Shown one piece after another: positions 56,665 to 64,000 of a stretch of DNA of 64,000 bases. This stretch comes from Vulcanimicrobiales bacterium (GTDB lineage: Bacteria; Vulcanimicrobiota; Vulcanimicrobiia; Vulcanimicrobiales; Vulcanimicrobiaceae). Position 1 is the first letter of the stretch. Every line of letters starts with the position of its first letter. The translations under genes and the position numbers were made by a program. Under the pieces are notes generated by a model. That model ran no database searches and was not told the origin of the DNA. It was given only the letters and a program-made list of their open reading frames with translations. Location: NCBI GenBank assembly GCA_038215615.1, contig JBBQQR010000001.1, positions 32,001 through 96,000 of the forward strand. Direction: 5' to 3'.

Positions 56665-57932
56665 ACCCTCCAGTAACGACCACCGCGCGCGATGTTTCGG
56701 TGTTCGGCGACGGCATTGCGTATTTCAACGAAGCGGCCGAGCTGCTGCAACTCGAGCGCTCGATGCGCGCAATTCTCACCCACCCCTCCCGCCAAATCAT
56801 TTTTTCGATCCCGTTTCAGCGCGATTCGGGCGAGTTCGAAGTTTACACCGGCTATCGCGTGCAGTACAATTTCGCGCGCGGCCCGGTCAAGGGCGGCATC
56901 CGCTACCATCCGGGCGTGACGCTCGATGAAGTGACCGCACTCGCATTTTGGATGACCTGGAAATGCGCGGTCGTCGATCTGCCGTTCGGCGGAGCGAAGG
57001 GCGGCGTCACGTGCGATCCGTCAAAACTTTCCGACAGCGAACTCGAACGCATCACGCGCCGCTACGCAGCGGAGCTCGTGGAAGTCGTGGGGCCCGACAA
57101 AGATGTGCCTGCGCCCGATGTCGGCACCAACTCACGGACGATGGCGTGGTTCATGGACACGTACTCGATGCACATGCGCCAAACGGTGCCGGGCGTAGTG
57201 ACGGGTAAGCCGCTGGCAATCGGCGGATCGAAGGGGCGGGTCGAAGCGACCGGGCGCGGCGTCACGATCGTTGCGATGGACGAGATGGAAAACATGAAGA
57301 TCAAGCCGTCGCAGGCCAAAGTTATCATCCAAGGATTTGGGAACGTCGGCATGTGGGCCGCGCGTTTGTTCGCGCAGCGCGGATGCAAGATCGTCGGCAT
57401 TTCCGACGTCACCGGCGCGTACTACAATCCGAAGGGGATCGATCTAGACAAAGCGATCGAGCTCGCGGAGCAGGATCACAATTTGGCCGCATTTCGAGGC
57501 GGGGATAAGATTAGCAACGCCGAGCTGCTGGTCAGCGAGTGCGACGTACTCGTGCCGGCGGCTCTGGAGCGAGTGCTAACGTCGGAGAATGCGCCGGCCA
57601 TTAAGGCGAAGCTCGTCGTGGAAGGCGCTAACGGTCCGACCACGCCGGACGCCGATCATATTTTGAACGAGCGCGGAATCACCGTCATTCCAGACATCAT
57701 GGCCAACGCCGGCGGCGTTACCGTTTCATACTTCGAGTGGGTCCAAGACAAGATGGGCTACTTCTGGAAGCTCAACGAGGTCAACGAACGGCTCGAAGAT
57801 ACGTTGATTACGAACTTCCACGAGCTGCGCGGCATGAGCAAACGCCACAAGATTCCGTACCGGACGGCAGCCTACATGGTTGCGATCGATCGCGTCGTGC
57901 AGTCGCTGAAGTTACGCGGAGTGTACGCCTAG
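56661..57932 (+). CDS. gdhA: Glu/Leu/Phe/Val dehydrogenase (glutamate dehydrogenase)
   Basis: GPVKGGIRYHP, MTWKCA, GGAKGG, DVPAPD, ATGRG, QGFGNVG, EGANGP, ANAGGVTVSYFEW. Confidence 0.95.
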   Translation: MNPPVTTTARDVSVFGDGIAYFNEAAELLQLERSMRAILTHPSRQIIFSIPFQRDSGEFEVYTGYRVQYNFARGPVKGGIRYHPGVTLDEVTALAFWMTWKCAVVDLPFGGAKGGVTCDPSKLSDSELERITRRYAAELVEVVGPDKDVPAPDVGTNSRTMAWFMDTYSMHMRQTVPGVVTGKPLAIGGSKGRVEATGRGVTIVAMDEMENMKIKPSQAKVIIQGFGNVGMWAARLFAQRGCKIVGISDVTGAYYNPKGIDLDKAIELAEQDHNLAAFRGGDKISNAELLVSECDVLVPAALERVLTSENAPAIKAKLVVEGANGPTTPDADHILNERGITVIPDIMANAGGVTVSYFEWVQDKMGYFWKLNEVNERLEDTLITNFHELRGMSKRHKIPYRTAAYMVAIDRVVQSLKLRGVYA

Positions 57933-57993
57933 CGCGCAGAGCAACGGTCCAGGGTTTTCTTTTTGACTATGCGCCATGACAGCTAGCGAAGCG

Positions 57994-58056
57994 TCCCTTC
58001 GATACGCGCTCTTACGAGCGCTACTCAGGGTCCTTCGACAAGCTCAGGATGACACT
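57994..58056. repeat. REP-like palindromic intergenic element, copy 2
   Basis: CCCTTCGA-hairpin-CTCAGG followed by GTCCTTCGACAAGCTCAGGATGACACT. Confidence 0.75.
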
Positions 58057-58075
58057 CTGGGTTAGGATGGCAACG

Positions 58076-58378
58076 CTAATCCGAGCGTGGTTCCGTTGGG
58101 AGGCCGGCGGATTGCCACGCTGCGTAGCCACCCTCTAACGCTTCCGCGTTAGTGTAGCCTTTTGCGTGTAGCGTCGCCGCGATGCGCGAACAGGAGTTGC
58201 CGCTGCCGCAGTAGAGCACGACGTGCTCGTCTTTAGAAAATGGAACGTTGCCGCTCTCTAACGTTTCGCCGTCATAACGCAACGAGCCCGGGATCTGCTG
58301 ATCATCGGGTTTCTTGCGAATGTCGATGAGCTTCAGGGAACCGGGCTGCGCGTTTTTTATATCGTCGATGTTTGCCAT
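58076..58378 (-). CDS. Single-domain rhodanese-like protein
   Basis: LIDIR, IPGS, VLYCGSGNSC, LEGGYAAW. Confidence 0.9.
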   Translation of the reverse strand: MANIDDIKNAQPGSLKLIDIRKKPDDQQIPGSLRYDGETLESGNVPFSKDEHVVLYCGSGNSCSRIAATLHAKGYTNAEALEGGYAAWQSAGLPTEPRSD

Positions 58379-58393
58379 TGCCTTGATACCGGG

Positions 58394-59956
58394 CTAGGGC
58401 AGCGGATACGGCCACAGCGGGTTGATCGCTTTGATGACGTACGGGTTGTACGTATCCGTTTGCGCGATCGCCCCGATCTGCGCATTCGATAGTGGTGCAA
58501 TTCCCAGATTGTATTTCGCATCGAGCGCGCCGATAAAGACGTTTGCAATCACCGCATAGCCCGTGTTGGAGGGATGCAGGCCGTCGTAGCTCAGAAGCCC
58601 GCCGCCGAATTGCATCGTCAATGTCACGCCGGGTGCCAGGGTGACCCCCGTCGCAGCGAACGTCCTGAAATTCGCTGTAATCGGTGCAAGTGCGACACCC
58701 GTCGTGGTTGCGGTCGAGTCGATCGCCGAGTTGTAGGCGGCATTCAGGCCGATGACTTGCGCGGAAAAGGCTGAGTCCAGATAATTCGCACCGTCGCCGC
58801 TGCCGGCTCCGTTCGGGTCGAGATTGGGCGTAACAGTCGGAGATGAAGAACCCAGCTCCGCCAATACTCCGAAAAAGCCCGATTCCGTCAGGAAGCCGGT
58901 CGCGCCGGTGTATTTGCCGATAATGTACGCCTGGACCGCACCCGCGAAAGGCGCGGGCACGCCGAGTTTTTGCAAGTCCGCCGAGATCTTCGCGGCGGGG
59001 AAAAACTGCGGAACGGGCATTTCGCCGGTGGCGGGATTGCCGAGAATGTCAGGCAGATCGCCGACGACGACTTGTGAGCCGCTCGCTTGGAGCGTCGTGA
59101 TGATTTGTGTGAGGTCGGTGGCTAATTGCGCCGGCGAATCGGTCGCGGGCGAATTTCCGTGCGAGAAGATGAACTTCAGCAGATCGTTCGCGCCGAGCCA
59201 AACCGTCGTGACTTTCGGCTTGAGCGAAAGGGCTGCGTTGAGCATCGTCGGGTTCGGCAGCGTCGCGGCGAATTGGCCGAGCACCGGATAGAACAGTTTG
59301 CTTTCGTCTTGGATGAGCGATTGCAGGCCGCCCGAACTCGCGTCGCCCGGAAGCGTAACATACGAAGGGCAGCTCGTGCCGACCGGTCCAGGCGGCGCGC
59401 CGGTAATCGGCGCATTCATTGCGACGGCTTCGTGCATCGTTGCACCCGGAATGCCGAGGTTTGCAATCGGTGAAGACGGAGCCATGCGCGTCAGCGGCCA
59501 CGTGGCTTGCGAGTACGCTTGCTGGTTGAATGCGTCGCAGCCCAGGTGCGTCGCGGCGAAACCGGCGTTCAAAGTCGAAACGACCAGCTGGCCGCCCAGG
59601 CCCGGCTTGACGATGAGCGGCAGGACGCCGGTGGTCGCCGGATTCTTTCCGGTATATTGCTGATAGAGCAGCGACCAGAAGCCGTTCTCTTGCGTCGGCG
59701 GAACTGCAGCGCCGGGCAGCGCGGAAATTCCGGGCGCGGTAGCGGTCGGATCTCCCAACTGTCCGCTGGACTGTTCGCCGAAGGTCAGACTGTCGCCGAC
59801 ACCGACCAAATTCTGCTGCGTCAATCCGCCGCCCGCGGGCAAGACGGGAGCGATCGGCACGCTGCCGTTGCTTCCGACGCCTCCGCTGCACGCTGCCAAA
59901 GCGATGAGTGTGAGCGCCGCCGCAGCGCGTTGGATAGTCGTATACATGTTGCTCAT
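58394..59956 (-). CDS. SGNH/GDSL hydrolase lipoprotein
   Basis: Lipobox LAAC; GDSL block I, NLGIPGA, WLGANDL, DGLHP catalytic block; start 59956 or 59947. Confidence 0.85.
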   Translation of the reverse strand: MSNMYTTIQRAAAALTLIALAACSGGVGSNGSVPIAPVLPAGGGLTQQNLVGVGDSLTFGEQSSGQLGDPTATAPGISALPGAAVPPTQENGFWSLLYQQYTGKNPATTGVLPLIVKPGLGGQLVVSTLNAGFAATHLGCDAFNQQAYSQATWPLTRMAPSSPIANLGIPGATMHEAVAMNAPITGAPPGPVGTSCPSYVTLPGDASSGGLQSLIQDESKLFYPVLGQFAATLPNPTMLNAALSLKPKVTTVWLGANDLLKFIFSHGNSPATDSPAQLATDLTQIITTLQASGSQVVVGDLPDILGNPATGEMPVPQFFPAAKISADLQKLGVPAPFAGAVQAYIIGKYTGATGFLTESGFFGVLAELGSSSPTVTPNLDPNGAGSGDGANYLDSAFSAQVIGLNAAYNSAIDSTATTTGVALAPITANFRTFAATGVTLAPGVTLTMQFGGGLLSYDGLHPSNTGYAVIANVFIGALDAKYNLGIAPLSNAQIGAIAQTDTYNPYVIKAINPLWPYPLP

Positions 59957-59964
59957 CCCCGTGA

Positions 59965-61182
59965 TTAGAACTGAATGACGCTGGGCGAACCGATACCGAT
60001 TTGGATCTGGAGCTGGGTTGCTTTCAGGCCTCCGACCGTCGGAACGGTATTGGCCGAACACGGCAGCTGCAGACAGTTGAGTTGCTTGATACCGTAAGGC
60101 GCATAATTGGTGGGCCCACCGCTATTGAGCACCAACTGCACGAACGCCGTTGGCCCCAAGCGCTGCGCAATCCCGGCAAAGTAAGCGACCACATGCTGCG
60201 CGTACGGATCGGCCGGCAGATAATCGCGCGAACTTTGCGGCTCTAAGAAAATTTTGGTACTGGGCGTCGGGTTGTACTCGAGATAGAGAATCTGATAGAG
60301 CTGCGCGTGGTTGACTTGATTGAGGCCGGCCGTATGGACGAGCCACGACGGTGCCACGGTGAACGTGCCGAACATTTTCGGCGTCTTTAGGAACGGAACG
60401 GTCACCGCCAGCGAGTAGACCTGCGTCGTGCGCGTGCTGATGCCGAAGTGCGGCACGCCGTTAAAATCGACGAACGGAACTACGTCACCGTTACCGCCCG
60501 AGGCGTTGACCTGCGACCAGCGCGAGACGTAGGTGGGCGTAACGACAATCGGAATCGACCGGCCGCGGAATTTTCCGACGTTGATCAGGTTCTCCCACAA
60601 GCCCAGGAAGAATTTGTCTTTGGTCGTCACGTCAACCGGTGCGCTGATGCCCGTGCATGTGCTCGATGTCACTCCGCCGAGGTCGACGCAGCTCGGATTG
60701 ACGCCTGGAATCGGCGGGAAACCGTTGGGCAGGAAAAACGGAACTTGGCCGCTGTTGAAGCCGACCGGATAATGCTGCAGTTCGTAATAGTTTGCGATGA
60801 CGCTCATCTTCGGGCTGAAGCCGTACCCGGCGACGACATCGGTACCGCCCTGCATCCACTTGTTGCCGAAGCTGCCGATGTTGCCGTACGGATGCGCGAA
60901 CGAGAAATCGACGGTGTAGGTGAAGCCGGTTGGCAGGCCGATTTCCGCTTTGCCTCCGACCGGAGCCTGACCTACGGGCGGCACTTGCGCGACCGTGCCC
61001 GGCGCCACGTTCTGCGCGTTCTTTTTGGCGGCACTTGCGTTCATGGCGTTCTTGATTGCGGTGTTTGCGCCGCGGACGACCGAGCCGTAGGGACCCGTTA
61101 CGTCGGCCAGTGCCGGCGCGCCGGCAAACATAACCGAAATCACACAGAGTGCGCCTGCACGAAAAAAAGAACGAAGCATCAA
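59965..61182 (-). CDS. Secreted protein, probable outer-membrane beta-barrel
   Basis: Signal peptide ending ALA; alternating amphipathic strands; C-terminal Phe. Confidence 0.55.
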   Translation of the reverse strand: MMLRSFFRAGALCVISVMFAGAPALADVTGPYGSVVRGANTAIKNAMNASAAKKNAQNVAPGTVAQVPPVGQAPVGGKAEIGLPTGFTYTVDFSFAHPYGNIGSFGNKWMQGGTDVVAGYGFSPKMSVIANYYELQHYPVGFNSGQVPFFLPNGFPPIPGVNPSCVDLGGVTSSTCTGISAPVDVTTKDKFFLGLWENLINVGKFRGRSIPIVVTPTYVSRWSQVNASGGNGDVVPFVDFNGVPHFGISTRTTQVYSLAVTVPFLKTPKMFGTFTVAPSWLVHTAGLNQVNHAQLYQILYLEYNPTPSTKIFLEPQSSRDYLPADPYAQHVVAYFAGIAQRLGPTAFVQLVLNSGGPTNYAPYGIKQLNCLQLPCSANTVPTVGGLKATQLQIQIGIGSPSVIQF

Positions 61183-61218
61183 ATCGATCTCCAGCTCCAG
61201 CGGTGTGGGTTTTTGGGG

Positions 61219-64000
61219 TTAGGCGGTAACCGGGGGTTCGCCTTCCGGCTTGCGCCGCAAAACCCATGATTTCACGATGACATAAAGCACGGGCGTGATT
61301 GCTAAGTTTAAGATCGTCGATACGACCATGCCCCCAAAGACCGCCGTCCCGAGCGAATGCCGCGCCGCGCTTCCGGCGCCGCTTGCGAACACGAGCGGCG
61401 TAACGGCGATGATAAACGCCAGCGACGTCATAAGAATCGGGCGCAGCCGTGTCTGCGCCGCGCGTGACGCCGCGGTTATGAGATCGGCGCCTTGCGCCAG
61501 CTGCTGATTTGCAAACTCTACGATAAGAATTGCGCTCTTACTCGCGAGTCCGATCAGCATGACGAAGCCAACTTGCGCATAGGCATCGCTCGCGATATGG
61601 CGGACATCCAGAAAGACGAGGGCGCCGAGAATGGCGACCGGCACGGCGAGCAACACGATGAACGGGTCGACGAAGCTTTCGTACTGAGCGGCAAGAACCA
61701 GAAACACGAAGACGATGCCGACGCCGAAAATTAACGCCGAGAGCACGCCACCTTCGATCTCTTCGCGTGAAATGCCCGACCACTCGTAACTCACGCCCGG
61801 CGGATCGATTTGCGCGGCGAGTTTCTCCATCGCGGCGATGGCTTGCCCCGAACCCTTACCCGCAGCTGCCGATCCGTTGATTTCGATCGATCGGTACAGG
61901 TTATAGTGGTTGATGATCGGCGACGAGAGCCCGAGTTTCGTCGACGCGATGCCGCCCAGCGGAACCATGCCGCCTGTTTTCGATCGCACGTACAAATATT
62001 GGAGCGACTGCATGCTGCTGCGGTACGGCTCTTGGGCCTGGACCATCACGCGATACGAACGGTTGAGATAATCGAAGTCGTTCACGTAGAACGAACCGAG
62101 ATCGGTCTGCATCGTGTTGAATACATCGGTCAGCGAGACACCAATCGATTTGGCTTTTTCACGGTTGATGTGGATCTGCATCTGTGGCGAGTTGATGCGG
62201 AACGTCGTAAAGACGTTGAGCAAATCAGGGTTTTTGTTTCCAAGCCCCATATAGCCGAACGCGGTTCCCATCAGCGCCGGCAGTCCGACGTTGCCGCGAT
62301 CCTCCAGCTCGAATTGAAAGCCGCCGAAGTTGCCGACGCCTTGAATCGCGGGTAAATTAAATGCGAAGACTTGCGCGTCGGCGATGCCGAAGAATTGCAT
62401 TTGTATGCGCTGCAGCAGCGCGGGGAGGGAGTGTTGACCGCCCCGTCGCTGCGACCACGGCGCGAGGCGTGCAAACAAAATGCCGCGGTTGGGCCCGCTT
62501 CCGGTGAAGCTGAAACCGGAAACGTCGAAGACGTGCACGATCTCCGGCTGCCGGCTGAGGATCGCCTCGACGCGCTTCGCGACGCTCAACTCGTGGGCCA
62601 GCGACGAACCTTCGGGCGCTTGTATCGTTACGACGAAGAAGCCCTGATCTTCGTCGGGGATAAACGCGGTCGGCGCGGTGCGGAATAGGAAGAACGTTGC
62701 GATCAGGGCTCCCAGGAAAAGCGCTGCAACGAGGTAGCGCGCGCGCATCATTTTCGGCAGCGTGTCGCGGTACCAGCCGCGGAACGAGGCGAGGCCGTGA
62801 TTGAAGATCACGAACAGCGGAAAATTCGAGTGGAAATCCTTACGGAGCATACGCGCCGACATGACGGGCGTGAGTGTTAACGAAGCAAAAAGCGAGATCG
62901 TGATCGACGCTGCGATCGTCATCGCGAACTGACGATAGAGTTGTCCGGTCGTGCCCGGAAAGAAGGCGACCGGCACAAAAACAGCCAGCAAGACCAGCGA
63001 CGACGCTACGACCGCACCCTGAACCTCGCGCATGGCTGCGGCGGCGCCTTCATTGCCGGTCATGCCTTTCTCTTGAATGAAGCGCGCGATGTTTTCGATC
63101 ACGACGATCGCGTCGTCGACCACCAACCCTGTTGCAAGGGTCAGGCCGAAAAGCGTGATCGTGTTGATCGTAAAGCCGAAGAGCTTCATCACGAAAAACG
63201 TGCCGATCAGCGAGATCGGAAGCGTGACCGCCGGAATAATCGTGGAGCGCGGATCTTGTAAAAAGAGATAGATGACCGCGATGACCAGAAAAATCGAAAG
63301 CAATAGTGTCCAGATAACTTCGCGGATCGATTCGTTCACGAACTCCGAGCTATCGAAGGCCATCTCCCAGGTCACGCCGGGCGGGAACGATTTTTGGAGC
63401 TGCGCGAGTTGCGCGCGCACGCCTTGGGATACTTGCAGCGCATTTGCGGTCGGCAGTTGCAGCACGCCCATGCCGACGACGTTCTTGTTCCCGTCAAATG
63501 CGATGACGCTCGAGTAATCCTCGGCGCCGATTTCAATCTGTGCGACATCGCCGAGCCGCGTGAAGCCGCCGTTCGGGTCGGCGCGGACGATGATATTGCG
63601 GAACTGTGCGGGCGTGCTCAAGCGCCCCTCGGCGTGAACGCTGATCGTGAACGGCTGGTTCGAGCGCTCAGGCGCGCTGCCGATGCTGCCGGCGGCGACT
63701 TCGACGTTCTGCTCCTGCAGCGCGCCGATCACATCGGAGATGGCGAGGCCGCGCCCTTGCAGCTGCGCAGGGTTGACCCACACGCGCATTGCATAACGCC
63801 GCTGGCCGAAAATGATAACGTTGCTCACTCCGGTGACGCGTTTGAGTGAGTTTACAACGTTGAGCTCGGCGTAGTTGCTCAAGAAGAGCTGATTGTATTG
63901 TTTGTTGGTCGAGCGCAGGGCGAGCGCCATCGCGAAAGTGCCGGAGTTTTTCGAGACGGTAACACCGGTCTGCTTGACCTCGTTCGGCAGGCGTCCGAGC
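61219..64000 (-). CDS. RND efflux permease (HAE1/AcrB family), 5' truncated by window
   Basis: YAMRVW, GLVVDDAIVVIEN, GQLYRQFA, PDEDQG, LAAQYES, GLASKSAILIVEF, RLRPILMTS; frame stays open to the window edge. Confidence 0.97.
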   Translation of the reverse strand, partial: LGRLPNEVKQTGVTVSKNSGTFAMALALRSTNKQYNQLFLSNYAELNVVNSLKRVTGVSNVIIFGQRRYAMRVWVNPAQLQGRGLAISDVIGALQEQNVEVAAGSIGSAPERSNQPFTISVHAEGRLSTPAQFRNIIVRADPNGGFTRLGDVAQIEIGAEDYSSVIAFDGNKNVVGMGVLQLPTANALQVSQGVRAQLAQLQKSFPPGVTWEMAFDSSEFVNESIREVIWTLLLSIFLVIAVIYLFLQDPRSTIIPAVTLPISLIGTFFVMKLFGFTINTITLFGLTLATGLVVDDAIVVIENIARFIQEKGMTGNEGAAAAMREVQGAVVASSLVLLAVFVPVAFFPGTTGQLYRQFAMTIAASITISLFASLTLTPVMSARMLRKDFHSNFPLFVIFNHGLASFRGWYRDTLPKMMRARYLVAALFLGALIATFFLFRTAPTAFIPDEDQGFFVVTIQAPEGSSLAHELSVAKRVEAILSRQPEIVHVFDVSGFSFTGSGPNRGILFARLAPWSQRRGGQHSLPALLQRIQMQFFGIADAQVFAFNLPAIQGVGNFGGFQFELEDRGNVGLPALMGTAFGYMGLGNKNPDLLNVFTTFRINSPQMQIHINREKAKSIGVSLTDVFNTMQTDLGSFYVNDFDYLNRSYRVMVQAQEPYRSSMQSLQYLYVRSKTGGMVPLGGIASTKLGLSSPIINHYNLYRSIEINGSAAAGKGSGQAIAAMEKLAAQIDPPGVSYEWSGISREEIEGGVLSALIFGVGIVFVFLVLAAQYESFVDPFIVLLAVPVAILGALVFLDVRHIASDAYAQVGFVMLIGLASKSAILIVEFANQQLAQGADLITAASRAAQTRLRPILMTSLAFIIAVTPLVFASGAGSAARHSLGTAVFGGMVVSTILNLAITPVLYVIVKSWVLRRKPEGEPPVTA

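Noticed and set aside
35275..58056. CRISPR array interpretation of the repeats, and Cas4 interpretation of the Fe-S nuclease
   Set aside because: Only two short dispersed clusters with palindromic interiors, no repeat-spacer periodicity, and no cas1/cas2 nearby.
1..64000. tRNA, rRNA, IS elements, integrases, prophage genes
   Set aside because: None recognised; intergenic gaps are short and lack cloverleaf or terminal-repeat signatures (tRNAscan/ISEScan not run).

Overview
GC-rich, gene-dense core-chromosome segment of a diderm bacterium with Firmicutes-like gene order: trmD-rplS-lepB-rbgA-rnhB-yraN, rplU-prp, split gcvPA/gcvPB, scpAB and decarboxylase...tmk-holB. It also has LolA-like, RND and probable outer-membrane proteins; an Eremiobacterota/Armatimonadota-like lineage is my guess, not verified. 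About 60 CDS are supportable. They cover sugar ABC and K+ transport, translation, three tandem signal peptidases, sufB, a speD-speE-thioesterase-gcv operon, DNA repair (NUDIX, scpAB, nfo, dinB), a degenerate helicase/Fe-S nuclease/GNAT trio, ispE, pdxST, a polyamine-type decarboxylase, mtnP, ychF, gdh and an RND/beta-barrel/SGNH cluster. I saw no rRNA, tRNA, CRISPR array, transposase or prophage. The strongest candidates for new biology are (1) a ~190-nt multi-stem leader with an Arg-rich uORF in front of speD-speE-gcv, (2) the translationally coupled nuclease, pseudo-helicase and Eis-like acetyltransferase operon, (3) two copies of a modular REP-like element, (4) near-leaderless transcripts with non-ATG starts, and (5) several palindromic operators. 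All annotation is by motif recognition by eye; no searches were run.
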